Below, in pieces: positions 35,904-45,923 of a stretch of DNA of 51,179 bases. The stretch's first letter is position 1. Every line of letters starts with the position of its first letter. The position numbers and the translations under genes are program-made. The DNA is from Succinivibrio sp. GTDB taxonomy: Bacteria; Pseudomonadota; Gammaproteobacteria; Enterobacterales; Succinivibrionaceae. The stretch covers positions 1-51,179 of the forward strand of contig JAZRAY010000121.1 of NCBI GenBank assembly GCA_045634805.1, in the 5' to 3' direction. The notes below the pieces were generated by a model that had not been told where the DNA came from, did no database searches, and worked only from the letters and a program-made list of their open reading frames with translations.

Positions 35904-35983
35904 TGACTAATTGCCTGCTTGTCGCATTTCTTGGCCTAATCTTAATTGCTTTCATCTGGGATGATTTTGACTTTTTTGATTAA
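35903..35983 (+). CDS. 26-aa membrane peptide
   Basis: TAATG-coupled; MTNCLLVAFLGLILIAFIWDDFDFFD. Confidence 0.45.
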   Translation: MTNCLLVAFLGLILIAFIWDDFDFFD

Positions 35984-35997
35984 AAGAGACTCTAAAC

Positions 35998-36447
35998 ATG
36001 AGCTTAAATCTTCATGACATAGTCAGAGGAGCGATTACCGCCAACCTCGAGGACCAGCCTTTCACGCTGATACGCTCCTGCGGTCAGGGAACTGACGATT
36101 ATGGAATCGCTAACTCCTACTATGAAAATGTTCCGGGACTTCATGGCAACTTCCAGAGCGAGGGAGATGCAACCCTAGACCATGCAGAGATGGCTGCACA
36201 GAATTCCATAATCAGGAGACTTTATTTATACGCTCCTGATGACCGTAAGAACCGAGCATGGTCAATCTTCCGTCCATTGGCACGAAGCGGTGATTTTATT
36301 CTGGATAAAAACGGAGACTATTGGCTTGTGATAGCAGTTCTCGAAGATTTCTCAGAGGCAGGATGGGAGAGCTTACGTATACAGCTACAGACCACACCGC
36401 CAAGTATCACTTACAGACCGGTTGAAAGCGGAGATGAGAGCGAATGA
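35998..36447 (+). CDS. head closure/head-tail joining protein
   Basis: MSLNLHDIVRGAI start and WLVIAVLE motif; position. Confidence 0.6.
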   Translation: MSLNLHDIVRGAITANLEDQPFTLIRSCGQGTDDYGIANSYYENVPGLHGNFQSEGDATLDHAEMAAQNSIIRRLYLYAPDDRKNRAWSIFRPLARSGDFILDKNGDYWLVIAVLEDFSEAGWESLRIQLQTTPPSITYRPVESGDESE

Positions 36448-37052
36448 ACGAAGTCGTATACTTTGACTATGCAGAGCTTACAAAAGCGGTAAAAGCCTTT
36501 TTAAAGCAGTATCTACAGCCTTCAATCAATCCCAATGCAATCTTATGGGGAAATCAGAATAATCTCGCTCTCCCCGCCGGCACTAATGAATACTGCATTT
36601 TTTACATAATGAATCAGATAAGGCACGGGACCAATATTGAGAGATATGATCCCGATGAGGAAACGCTTAAAGTCTCTGAAAGCTCGGAGATAATCGTTAA
36701 GGTTGACTGCTATGCTTCATCTGAGAATGGTAAGTCAGGACTCAACGCTCAGATAAGGGCGCACAATCTGGAGCTTATGACACGTTCCTCTGTTGCATGC
36801 GAGTTCTACAAGAAATTTGGACTATCTCCGCTCTATGCTGACAGTCCGATGGACACAACAATCGTAAGCGACAGCAATAACTATCTTCACCGTTGGACTG
36901 TGAATCTGCATCTGAATTTCACAAATAGTCTGACAGTTAAGCAGGAAGGCTTCACGGAAGTTAAACCTCTAAAACCTAATTCCATTGCTTCATCACCTGA
37001 AGATATCGGGTTACACATCTGCAACCCTGATGTTAAGTTTTCAAATAATTAA
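36444..37052 (+). CDS. tail terminator/completion protein
   Basis: Position immediately before the sheath gene. Confidence 0.55.
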   Translation: MNEVVYFDYAELTKAVKAFLKQYLQPSINPNAILWGNQNNLALPAGTNEYCIFYIMNQIRHGTNIERYDPDEETLKVSESSEIIVKVDCYASSENGKSGLNAQIRAHNLELMTRSSVACEFYKKFGLSPLYADSPMDTTIVSDSNNYLHRWTVNLHLNFTNSLTVKQEGFTEVKPLKPNSIASSPEDIGLHICNPDVKFSNN

Positions 37053-37077
37053 CCAAAATCCCATATAGGAGTCAATC

Positions 37078-38595
37078 ATGGCAATCAGTGCAAATCAGAT
37101 TGTGCAGGTTCTGCCACGTGTCGTAACAGGCACTGGTTCAGATCTTGTTTTTCACGGTATGGTTCTGGATAAGAACCCAGTAATTCCAACCGCAACACCA
37201 ATTTCTTTCGTTTCAGCTGAAGACGTTGGCGAATATTTTGGAACAGAATCAGATGAGTATAAATTCGCTTCAATCTACTTTGGCGGTTTTGAAGGCTCTC
37301 AGCTAAAGCCATCACTCTTATACTTCTACAAGTTATGTCCTGCCGGAGCAAAGCCATTTGTACGTGGCGCAAGCTTAAAGCCAGCTGACGCTCTTGTAGC
37401 AATCAAGGCTATTTCTGCAGGTACTATCACCGTTAAGCTAAACGGTACCGAGTACACCGCAACTGGAATCGATTTAAGTGCTACCACCTCACTAGATGAG
37501 GCTGCCTTAACCGTACAGAATGCTTTAAATGGTGTTATGAGTGCTGAATCAGGCTCAACTGCTGCAGTGACTGTCACCTTCTCATCGATTACAAATACCT
37601 ATACCATCACCAGTGCTACTGCCGGAGTGGAGCAGTCAATTGAGAAGCCATCAGGCGACGTTGCAGACGCTCTGGGCTTATCTGATGAGGTTGCTGTTGT
37701 ATCAGCCGGTGCCAAGGTTATGACCGTAATCGATACCATGAATGAGCTGACCAACAAGTTTACCAATTTCGTCACTTTCACGACTCTACACGAACCTGAT
37801 GATCAGGACGCAATCATGCTTGCTCAGTGGTCAACCACTCAGGCAAATGCCGGCACAATGTTCCTATACGTATGCCGAGACAGCGCAAAGGGCAACCTTG
37901 ATGCAAACAGCACTTCAATTATTGCAGAGCAGTTTGAGGAGCTTGAGGTTACCGGCACATGCACATGCTATCCAGATTTAGCTAAAGCAGCCTTTATTAT
38001 GGGTGCAGCTGCTTCTATCAACTGGGAACAGAGAAACGGAACCATCACATTTAAGTTCAAATCTCAGTCCGGTCTTGGTGCTGATATTCAGGAAACTTCT
38101 GAGGCAGTCGCTCTTGAGAAACACCGTGTAAACTACATCGGCAATTTCGCTACAAGAAACGACAACTTCATCTTCCTGTCAGATGGTTCTATGCACGGTA
38201 AATGGAGATGGATTGACACCTACCTGAACGCATGCTGGCTGTGCAACAAGAATCAGGTACAGCTGATGGCTATGTTTACCTCTAACCGTCGCATTCCATA
38301 CACTGAGAAAGGCTATGCAATCATCCGTTCAAATATCCGTGACGTGATGAATCAGGCGATTAACAACGGTGTAGTAGAGGCAGGTGTTCAGTTATCCGAG
38401 GCAGTCAAGGCACAGCTAATCTCTGAGCTTGGCGGTGATTACTCAGACGAGATTTACGCAACCGGATATTATCTGCAGATTGTTGATGCAACTGCAAACA
38501 TCCGTCAGGGACGTACTTCTCCTGCATGTAACCTTGTCTACACTTACGGCGGTGCAATCCATAAGCTTGTACTTCCATCACTTGCACTGGTTTAA
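37078..38595 (+). CDS. tail sheath protein (DUF3383-type)
   Basis: 505 aa; WIDTYLN..WL, IPYTEKG, YTYGGAIH motifs. Confidence 0.85.
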   Translation: MAISANQIVQVLPRVVTGTGSDLVFHGMVLDKNPVIPTATPISFVSAEDVGEYFGTESDEYKFASIYFGGFEGSQLKPSLLYFYKLCPAGAKPFVRGASLKPADALVAIKAISAGTITVKLNGTEYTATGIDLSATTSLDEAALTVQNALNGVMSAESGSTAAVTVTFSSITNTYTITSATAGVEQSIEKPSGDVADALGLSDEVAVVSAGAKVMTVIDTMNELTNKFTNFVTFTTLHEPDDQDAIMLAQWSTTQANAGTMFLYVCRDSAKGNLDANSTSIIAEQFEELEVTGTCTCYPDLAKAAFIMGAAASINWEQRNGTITFKFKSQSGLGADIQETSEAVALEKHRVNYIGNFATRNDNFIFLSDGSMHGKWRWIDTYLNACWLCNKNQVQLMAMFTSNRRIPYTEKGYAIIRSNIRDVMNQAINNGVVEAGVQLSEAVKAQLISELGGDYSDEIYATGYYLQIVDATANIRQGRTSPACNLVYTYGGAIHKLVLPSLALV

Positions 38596-38604
38596 CAGCT
38601 TAAC

Positions 38605-38630
38605 AAGCCCTGCATTGTCAGGGCTTTTTT
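38605..38630 (+). terminator. intrinsic terminator-like hairpin
   Basis: AAGCCCTG-CATTGT-CAGGGCTTTTTT. Confidence 0.7.
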
Positions 38631-38646
38631 AATGGAGTTTTAGAAA

Positions 38647-39093
38647 ATGGCAGATTCAAACGACTTAAACATCACCTCCGCCAACAGTGAGATTATCCTG
38701 ACAGTAGAAAACCTCTATCCAAGCGGAATCAAGCTCGAAGGCTATTCAACCGACACCGCATGGGCATCTGAGGACGTAACTCTTGCAGATGCTCGCATGG
38801 GTGTCGATGGAAAACTGGCTATCGGTATGACACCAAGTCCAAAGACCGTTACCTTGACCTTTGAAGCTAACAGTCCATCTCTGCAGCAGCTTGAAAATAT
38901 TGCTGCATGCATGGAATTAAACATGACTATTTATAAGAGTGACCTGCAAATCACTATTCCTTCACGCAACAAGGAATACAGCCTGACTAAAGGCTCTCTG
39001 ATGAGAGGTCGTCTGCTACCTGATGGAAAGAAGGTATTAGACCCTCAGGCATTCACCTTTGTATTCGAGAAGATTAAGCGTAGCTCAATCTAA
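38647..39093 (+). CDS. tail tube protein
   Basis: 148 aa after the sheath gene; MGVDGKL, ANSPS motifs. Confidence 0.75.
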   Translation: MADSNDLNITSANSEIILTVENLYPSGIKLEGYSTDTAWASEDVTLADARMGVDGKLAIGMTPSPKTVTLTFEANSPSLQQLENIAACMELNMTIYKSDLQITIPSRNKEYSLTKGSLMRGRLLPDGKKVLDPQAFTFVFEKIKRSSI

Positions 39094-39184
39094 TCTAACT
39101 CTAAACAATTGCCAACTTAAAGAACGTTCTTCCCTTATTTGCGCTTGTTGAATAAGGGCTTTTTATTTTATGAGGCTCAGAAAA

Positions 39185-39676
39185 ATGAGATTAACCAAAG
39201 ATATTACAATCGAAGAAGATGGCACTTCATACAACTTTCGACTAAGACAGGTATCAGCCTATGACCTCCAAAGATGGGGATTCAAGGTAGGATGCGCTCT
39301 TGCAGAATCAGGACTTTTCACATTGCCAGGAAAGCTCTTAGTCGACCTCAACATCGATAAGCTTTTAAAAGCTATTGCTGAGAAAGGCACATCCTTTCTG
39401 CAGAATCTTGACCCTGAGAAGGCAAATGAGCTTATATCAGAGCTTATCTTCAAGACCGCAAGTCGTGTTAATGGAAATGCGGTAATCCCTCTCAATGAGG
39501 CGGAGCTTGCAAGTATCTTCTATGACATCCGCTCCCTAGTACAGCTAGAGAAGGAGGTCATCTCCATAAATTTTCAGAAATACTTGGGAGAGTTCCAGTC
39601 GAATATCCCTACATCCCCTCAGATGGAAAAAAGTACATCGAAACGAGGAATTACGGTCGAGGCTTTGCCCAACTGA
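39185..39676 (+). CDS. tail assembly chaperone (G-like)
   Basis: Lies between tube and tape measure; contains a slippery heptamer. Confidence 0.7.
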   Translation: MRLTKDITIEEDGTSYNFRLRQVSAYDLQRWGFKVGCALAESGLFTLPGKLLVDLNIDKLLKAIAEKGTSFLQNLDPEKANELISELIFKTASRVNGNAVIPLNEAELASIFYDIRSLVQLEKEVISINFQKYLGEFQSNIPTSPQMEKSTSKRGITVEALPN

Positions 39677-39801
39677 TTCAGCACCATTACGCAACCATGA
39701 GAGAGCTTGAGGAGTACTACTCCTACAACGACTATCTGAATCTTATGGAGTGTTGGGCTGTCGCTCAGACTAATCAATATATAGCTTCAAAACAGAAATA
39801 A
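39568..39801 (+). CDS. -1 frameshift extension of the tail chaperone (GT-like)
   Basis: A-AAT-TTT at 39568-39574; the -1 frame stays open to TAA 39801 (…YATMRELEEYYSYNDYLNLME…). Confidence 0.7.
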   Translation, partial: KFSEILGRVPVEYPYIPSDGKKYIETRNYGRGFAQLIQHHYATMRELEEYYSYNDYLNLMECWAVAQTNQYIASKQK

Positions 39802-39819
39802 ACTTTAGGGAGTGTCTAA

Positions 39820-41445
39820 ATGGCTGGCACAATTGCAGACGAACTCTTGATTAAAATCGGCATAAATCTTGATGATTTGAAAGCCGGCTTGAATCAGGCA
39901 GTCAATCAGATCAAAAACAAAGCCAAAGACTTAGGCACTCAGTCTGAGGATATTTCAAAGGGTGTCGCTTCAGGTCAAAAGGCTGTCTCAGAAGGGATAA
40001 AAAACACTGCTTTAAATACTGAGAAAGCCATTGCATCAGCACAGAAAGGCTCTCAGGCATTCGGGCAGATGACCTCTATGTGGAGCGGAGCTGTGACAGC
40101 CATGCTCCGTACTGTTGCTGCACCTTTAGCCGGAGCTTTGTCTTTAGGCTCTGTTATGAAGTCCTACTTTGGCGGTGTTGCTCAGGTCGCTCAGATGACC
40201 GGTCAATACTCGCAGAAGATGGAGGAGTGGCAGAAGAAACGTGCGCTACTTGCACGTGTAAATCGTGAAGACATCGAACTCTACAGAAAAGGAAGGGAAG
40301 CTACACTCAAGTTTCAGATATCTATGGCAGACCTCTCAACTACAATTATGAGGGCTGCTTCTCCTGCAATCAAATGGCTGATTGAGGGACTGACCAACTT
40401 TGCCAACTGGATAGATAGAAATCAGAATAACATTGTCCGCTTCTTACAGATAACGGCAGGAGTTATCACAACTCTTCTGATTCCGGCTTTCATTAAATTG
40501 GCAGCTGCTATCCTGATGAATCCTCTTACATGGATTATCGGTCTTATTGTAGGTCTAATCGGTGTAATCGATGATTTAATCGTATGGCTTCATGGCGGTG
40601 AATCTGCACTTGATAGCTTCTGGGAGCAGTTTGGAAGTAGAGAAGAGGTTCTCAGGAAGATTCAGGACGGCATTCAGTGGCTGTCTGATACCTTTGATGA
40701 ACTGTCAGCAAGTCTTATCTCGGGCATTTCTACCATTGTTAAATGGTTCTCTGATTTCTGGTCCTCTGCAGATGGAACTGCCAGAGTTGTAGATTCCCTG
40801 AAAAATGCCTTTAAAGCATTAGGCACCGTCTTTGATGATATCAAGATAATCTGGAATGAACTTGTCGCAATGTTAAGCGACAACGGATTCCTAGATGATC
40901 TAAAAGATGCATTTGACAATGCTCTAACCGTAATACTCGGAGCTTTCAATTTATTCTTTGCTGGTATTCAGGCAATCTTCGGACTGATTAAAGGAGTTTT
41001 AACCGGTGACTGGGACTCCTTCACGAAGGCTGCTGACAAAGCTATCGAAGCCGTTAAGGATATTTTCCGAGGTCTTTGGAATGTCGTAAAAGATGTATTT
41101 AATCAGATATGGGAATTCACAAAAGACATTTTTGGAAAAATTGCTTCACGAATTGCTGAAGCCCTGACTCCTGACTTCCTGAAATCCACAGAGAAAAACC
41201 GAGAAGCTCTCAAAGGATATGATCCAATGTCAGCTTCACCTCCAAGTGCATACGAAGCCGGTACTGCTGCTTCAAATGTAACCAACTCAAGCAAATACTC
41301 ACGAAGCGATTCACGCTCAACCGTCAATAACATAACGGTAAATACCAACAGTAAGGAAGTAGGACGTGAAATCGTTCGAGAAGCGCAGGAATCAGCTGAT
41401 CATGACTATGACATCTCACAGTCAGCAATGGCTGTAAATCCATAA
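39820..41445 (+). CDS. tape measure protein
   Basis: 541 aa, helical, Ala-rich, with hydrophobic segments and periodic W/F residues. Confidence 0.85.
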   Translation: MAGTIADELLIKIGINLDDLKAGLNQAVNQIKNKAKDLGTQSEDISKGVASGQKAVSEGIKNTALNTEKAIASAQKGSQAFGQMTSMWSGAVTAMLRTVAAPLAGALSLGSVMKSYFGGVAQVAQMTGQYSQKMEEWQKKRALLARVNREDIELYRKGREATLKFQISMADLSTTIMRAASPAIKWLIEGLTNFANWIDRNQNNIVRFLQITAGVITTLLIPAFIKLAAAILMNPLTWIIGLIVGLIGVIDDLIVWLHGGESALDSFWEQFGSREEVLRKIQDGIQWLSDTFDELSASLISGISTIVKWFSDFWSSADGTARVVDSLKNAFKALGTVFDDIKIIWNELVAMLSDNGFLDDLKDAFDNALTVILGAFNLFFAGIQAIFGLIKGVLTGDWDSFTKAADKAIEAVKDIFRGLWNVVKDVFNQIWEFTKDIFGKIASRIAEALTPDFLKSTEKNREALKGYDPMSASPPSAYEAGTAASNVTNSSKYSRSDSRSTVNNITVNTNSKEVGREIVREAQESADHDYDISQSAMAVNP

Positions 41446-41456
41446 AGGAGTGAATC

Positions 41457-42116
41457 ATGGCTAAAAATCAGGAAGGCGGATGGAGTACAGACCCTTTCAC
41501 TGACAGAGCGATTAAGAAAACCGTCAATTATGGCTCAAAATTCCTTAATTCAAAGCTAAATTACGGTATTAACTACCTCGAAAATTATGCCCGTCAGTAT
41601 GATCCCCTAGGTGTATTTCCGGCACGTTGGACTATCTTGAACGAGGAAGCCGAGGAAGCCTTTGATTTTGATGTTTTCTTCCGTCAGAACATCAAATCAG
41701 AGAGCAAAGTCACTCAAATGGCGGTCGAGCAGGGCTCTTTTGTTGATTACAACATCGTTAAGACTCCTCTGCTATCAAACTGTGTTCTTGTCAAGCAGGG
41801 CTTTCCTCAGGATTTAAGGGTATATGTCGACGCTCTGCTTGCTCTGGTGGATTCAACCGACTTGGTAAGCATAATCACTCCTGAAAAGGAGTATCTCAAC
41901 ATGAAGCTTATCAAATGTGAGATAGACCGTACTACTGACAACGGTGTTGACATTATTTATGCGGACTGCTCATTCATCGAGATTCGTCAGGTCACATCCC
42001 AGTACACCAACGCACGTGTGGCACGAAAGGTCTCACGAGGCAGACAGCAGCCAAAAGAGACATCTTTCTTCAGCGGTATTAAATCAGGTGCTAAAAAATA
42101 CATAGGAAGGCTCTAA
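41457..42116 (+). CDS. baseplate/tube-initiator protein
   Basis: VEQGSFVDYN motif; follows the tape measure gene. Confidence 0.65.
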   Translation: MAKNQEGGWSTDPFTDRAIKKTVNYGSKFLNSKLNYGINYLENYARQYDPLGVFPARWTILNEEAEEAFDFDVFFRQNIKSESKVTQMAVEQGSFVDYNIVKTPLLSNCVLVKQGFPQDLRVYVDALLALVDSTDLVSIITPEKEYLNMKLIKCEIDRTTDNGVDIIYADCSFIEIRQVTSQYTNARVARKVSRGRQQPKETSFFSGIKSGAKKYIGRL

Positions 42117-42446
42117 ATGGTAGAAGTCCCTCTAATCAATCAGCCAAATCAGGAATTCAACATTGTCCTAGATGATCAGAATTGCACGATTCAGGTACGA
42201 CAGCTAGGCTCTTATGTCTATTTCTCACTTTGGCTTGACGATACGCTGATAAGACAGAATGCTATCTGCATGATAGGACAATTTATCTTGCAGGGTGTTA
42301 AGACCGCATTCAATGGAAACTTTGTATTTGTTGATACTACAGCTCCCTCAGATAATCAGTCACAGCCTGATTACAACGAATTTGAGAACCGCTATAAGCT
42401 TTACTACCTGACAGACAGCGAGGTCGAGGAAATTGGCACTGATTGA
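42117..42446 (+). CDS. small baseplate protein
   Basis: VPL..PNQEF.IVLDDQ, GNFVFVDT; position. Confidence 0.6.
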   Translation: MVEVPLINQPNQEFNIVLDDQNCTIQVRQLGSYVYFSLWLDDTLIRQNAICMIGQFILQGVKTAFNGNFVFVDTTAPSDNQSQPDYNEFENRYKLYYLTDSEVEEIGTD

Positions 42447-43377
42447 AATCAAGGATTTTGGTAGAAAAGCCTTTTCTCTGCCTTCCTACAATACCTCCTT
42501 TCGTGAGCGCAAGCTGATAATTCAGCTTACTCTGTCAAAGGGTGAATTTAAGGGAGGAGAAGGTAATTCCTACCGCATATCAGACCTTGCTATGACCTGC
42601 AAAGTTGATAAAGTGGGACCTCCTGACTTCGGCAAGGCAAGTGCAACCATTTACGGTCTGCCTTTGGAAGTTATGGAGCAGTTAAGCACATTAAACATGC
42701 ACCCGCTTTTCGTCAAAAGAAACTACATGAACATCTTTGCAGGAGACGATATCAGCGGTTATACGCAGATTTTTGCGGGCTCGATTACCAAGGCAAGCGC
42801 AGACTTCAACGGTGCTCCTGATGTCCCTTTCCATATCGATGCAAGACTGGGATTCTTTGGCTCTGTTACCGCTCAGGGAGATAACGTTGTCAGCGGTTCT
42901 CAGCCGGTCGCTAAGTTTATTGAATCTCAGGCTAAGAAAGCCGGTATGACCTTCAAAAACGAAGGTGTGACAACCTCGATTCAGAATTCAGTCTTTACCG
43001 GTTCTCCTATTGAACAGGCTCGTCAGGCTGCACAACAGATTGGAGCAGAGCTTATTATCGATGACGAGCAGATGATTCTCGTTAAAAACGGAGCTTCACG
43101 CAAGGGGAATGTACCAGTTCTGAGTGCCGAAAGCGGATTACTAGGTTATCCGACCATGACTCAGAATGGTATCGAGTGCAAAGCAATCTTCAATCCTGAC
43201 TTTAGATTTGCGGGACTGATAGAAATCAAATCGATAGTGCCTAAAGTCTCAGGACAATGGAGAATTATCAAGCTCTCACACTCTTTAAGCTCCAATATGC
43301 CTAATGCGGGGCAGTGGGAGAGTTCAATCACTGCTTACTATCCACATCTTTCAGGTTCAGTCGGCAAGTTCATTTAG
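42433..43377 (+). CDS. baseplate hub protein
   Basis: IFAGSI, SGLLGYP motifs; precedes the spike gene. Confidence 0.7.
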   Translation: MALIEIKDFGRKAFSLPSYNTSFRERKLIIQLTLSKGEFKGGEGNSYRISDLAMTCKVDKVGPPDFGKASATIYGLPLEVMEQLSTLNMHPLFVKRNYMNIFAGDDISGYTQIFAGSITKASADFNGAPDVPFHIDARLGFFGSVTAQGDNVVSGSQPVAKFIESQAKKAGMTFKNEGVTTSIQNSVFTGSPIEQARQAAQQIGAELIIDDEQMILVKNGASRKGNVPVLSAESGLLGYPTMTQNGIECKAIFNPDFRFAGLIEIKSIVPKVSGQWRIIKLSHSLSSNMPNAGQWESSITAYYPHLSGSVGKFI

Positions 43378-43556
43378 AAAATACGCAAATTTATTTTGCG
43401 TATGTTTCCAAAATAAGCTCCAAAAAAAAAGCCGTTTTTTTGGCACTTAGTGACAGTTAAGCTCCAAAATTCGTGGTTTTTGGAGCTTATTTCATTCATA
43501 AAAACGTGAAATCTGTTTTTACGGAATAAATTACGGTTTAAATTACGGAATAAAAT
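43378..43556. repeat. repeat-rich intergenic segment
   Basis: 16-bp perfect inverted repeat 43411-26/43477-92; third copy at 43458; TTACGGAATAAA twice. Confidence 0.7.
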
Positions 43557-43557
43557 C

Positions 43558-44313
43558 ATGGCTTCAGATGAGATCAACGAGAATAATAAGCGAAGTACGC
43601 AGACTCCGTATGCCGGAACGACCCAGTACAATGCAAATGAAGCTCAGATTGAGAAAGCACTTGCCAAGATGAATACTATCTTTCTTGCAAGGATAGTCTC
43701 ATGCTCTTCAAGCGGTGCAAACGGCTCTAAAAAGGTCAAAGCAATTCCTCTTATTGCTAAGACCGACGCAAACGGAACCGCTCAACCAACACCAACCTAT
43801 GAAGAGCTTCCTCATTATCGCATTCAGGGCGGAGTTGCGGGCTTCATTGCTGACCCTCAACCAGGAGACATAGGTGTTTTTGTAGTCTGCACCCGAGATA
43901 TTTCAAAGGTGAATTCTCAGACTACCACTCCTCAGGTTCCTAACTCGTTCAGGTCTTTCAGCCCTGCAGATGCGGTCATGATTGCAACGATTCATACCAA
44001 AGACCCGACAACCTATGTTCACTGTAACCCTATAGATTTCACCATCAAGATTGTTGGTCCTGCAAGTGTTACGGTCAATACTCCTCAGGCAATCATCAAT
44101 GCAACTGAATCCATGACGGTGAACAGTCCTGAATCAACCTTCAACGGTCATGTGACCATTAAGGGCGGTCTTGATGTTTCAGGAGGCTCTGGAGCTGTGG
44201 TTGACGGTTCTCTGACTACTACTGGCGACGTGGTTGCTAATGGAATCAGCTTAGATACCCATAAGCATGGCTCTGTTCAGCCGGGAAGCGGTACTACTGG
44301 AGGTCCACAATAA
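43558..44313 (+). CDS. baseplate central spike (gp138/gpV-like)
   Basis: PQPGDIG..V...RDIS; C-terminal THKHG iron-binding HxH motif. Confidence 0.85.
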   Translation: MASDEINENNKRSTQTPYAGTTQYNANEAQIEKALAKMNTIFLARIVSCSSSGANGSKKVKAIPLIAKTDANGTAQPTPTYEELPHYRIQGGVAGFIADPQPGDIGVFVVCTRDISKVNSQTTTPQVPNSFRSFSPADAVMIATIHTKDPTTYVHCNPIDFTIKIVGPASVTVNTPQAIINATESMTVNSPESTFNGHVTIKGGLDVSGGSGAVVDGSLTTTGDVVANGISLDTHKHGSVQPGSGTTGGPQ

Positions 44314-44684
44314 TGACAGATAAAGCACATACCCTCTTCCTCGAGGATGACTGGGACATCCACACTGATATATCAGGCAATCTTTCAAGAACATTTGAGG
44401 ATTACTCCATAGCTCAGAATGTAGCAAATGCCTTCCGCCTTTTTACGGACGACGCTTGGTACTTCCCTGAAAAAGGTATTCCTCACTTTGCATTGGAACT
44501 AAACCGTCACCCAAAGCTTGCTGTTCTCAAGTCAAAACTCAAACAAGCAGCAATGCAAATCGAAGGTGTTAAGGATTGCGAGATTATGTTCCTCAATCTT
44601 GAAACCCGAGAGTTATCAGGAACCGCTGTTTTAACGCTTGAAAGCGGTCAAAAAATGAAGCTTACGATTGGTCAAGGGAGCTAG
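44313..44684 (+). CDS. baseplate wedge protein (gp25/W-like)
   Basis: IAQNV...LF....W.....GIP motif; position. Confidence 0.7.
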   Translation: MTDKAHTLFLEDDWDIHTDISGNLSRTFEDYSIAQNVANAFRLFTDDAWYFPEKGIPHFALELNRHPKLAVLKSKLKQAAMQIEGVKDCEIMFLNLETRELSGTAVLTLESGQKMKLTIGQGS

Positions 44685-44690
44685 AAACAG

Positions 44691-45923
44691 ATGTTAGATT
44701 TTGACGAAAAAACCGGCTTTTCAGTCTCAGAAGTTGAGGACCTGCGAGAAGAAGTTGCTCAAGACTGGATTGACGCAATGAAAGAAAACGGCAAACCTGA
44801 CCTTAATACAGCCCCTGAGACACCTCAGGGACAGCTGATTGATTCTCAGGTAGCCTCTATCCATCAGAAAGATTCTGAGCTTGCTTTCCTTGCACAGCAG
44901 TTCAATCCAAAAACCGCCTCAGGAATCTGGCAGGACGCTCTGGCAAAGATATATTTCATCACCCGTAAACCTGCTATATCATCGAGTGCAGTCTGTACCT
45001 TAACCGGCTTACAGAATACCGTAATTCCTCAGGGTGCACAAATCAAATCGACCTATGATCAGACACTCTGGACCTTAACTGAGGATGTCACCATTGGCGC
45101 AGATGGAACCGCTCAAGCTACTTTCACTTGTGATACAGAGGGACCTATTCAGGCAGGAGCAAATACTCTGACTCAGATTGTAACAACCGTTCCTAACTGG
45201 TCAACTGTAACCAATCAGGCAGCTGCAACCGTCGGCTCTTATGAAGAATCTCAGGCTGCATTTGAGGCAAGACGTTATCAGTCTGTGGCATTAAATTCCC
45301 GAGGAACCGACGCAAGCGTCTTCGCTAGAGTTGCTCAGGTTGACGGTGTAATTGCTACCTATGTTGTATCAAATAGAACAAACGCAGTTAAGTCTATTGA
45401 TAATTATCCATTAGCACCTCACTCGATTTATGTCGCTGTTTTAGGTGGAAATGACAAGGACATCGCAGAGGCTATCTATAACTCTATTTCTGCAGGGTGC
45501 GATTACAACGGAAATACTGAGATAGAAGTAACCGACCCTAATACAAAAGCCGTAGAAAAGGTCAAATTCATGCGACCTCCTGAGTATGACGTTTATATCA
45601 GAGTCAACATCATTGATAACGGTTCTCTACCTGACGGTTACGCAGATATTATCAAGCAGGCAGTTGTAGATAATTTCTACGGAAATGATTCCAGTGTAAC
45701 CATTGAAGGCGAGGCAGTATTGCGTGTAATCATGAACTCGGATATTTACGCAAGTCGATTCCTGTCATCAATCTTAAATGTCGGAATTGAATCTCTTCTG
45801 AGTGTTCAGCTATCAACCGACGGAGTAACCTGGAAAGATTATCTTCATATTCCGATCAACGGTTCACCAACTTTAACCAAGAATCATGTCTTAATCAATT
45901 TCCCTGAAGCGGAGAGCGAATAA
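44691..45923 (+). CDS. baseplate J-like protein
   Basis: ETPQGQLID, ASGIWQDAL, EESQAAFEARR, PHSIYVAVLGG. Confidence 0.85.
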   Translation: MLDFDEKTGFSVSEVEDLREEVAQDWIDAMKENGKPDLNTAPETPQGQLIDSQVASIHQKDSELAFLAQQFNPKTASGIWQDALAKIYFITRKPAISSSAVCTLTGLQNTVIPQGAQIKSTYDQTLWTLTEDVTIGADGTAQATFTCDTEGPIQAGANTLTQIVTTVPNWSTVTNQAAATVGSYEESQAAFEARRYQSVALNSRGTDASVFARVAQVDGVIATYVVSNRTNAVKSIDNYPLAPHSIYVAVLGGNDKDIAEAIYNSISAGCDYNGNTEIEVTDPNTKAVEKVKFMRPPEYDVYIRVNIIDNGSLPDGYADIIKQAVVDNFYGNDSSVTIEGEAVLRVIMNSDIYASRFLSSILNVGIESLLSVQLSTDGVTWKDYLHIPINGSPTLTKNHVLINFPEAESE

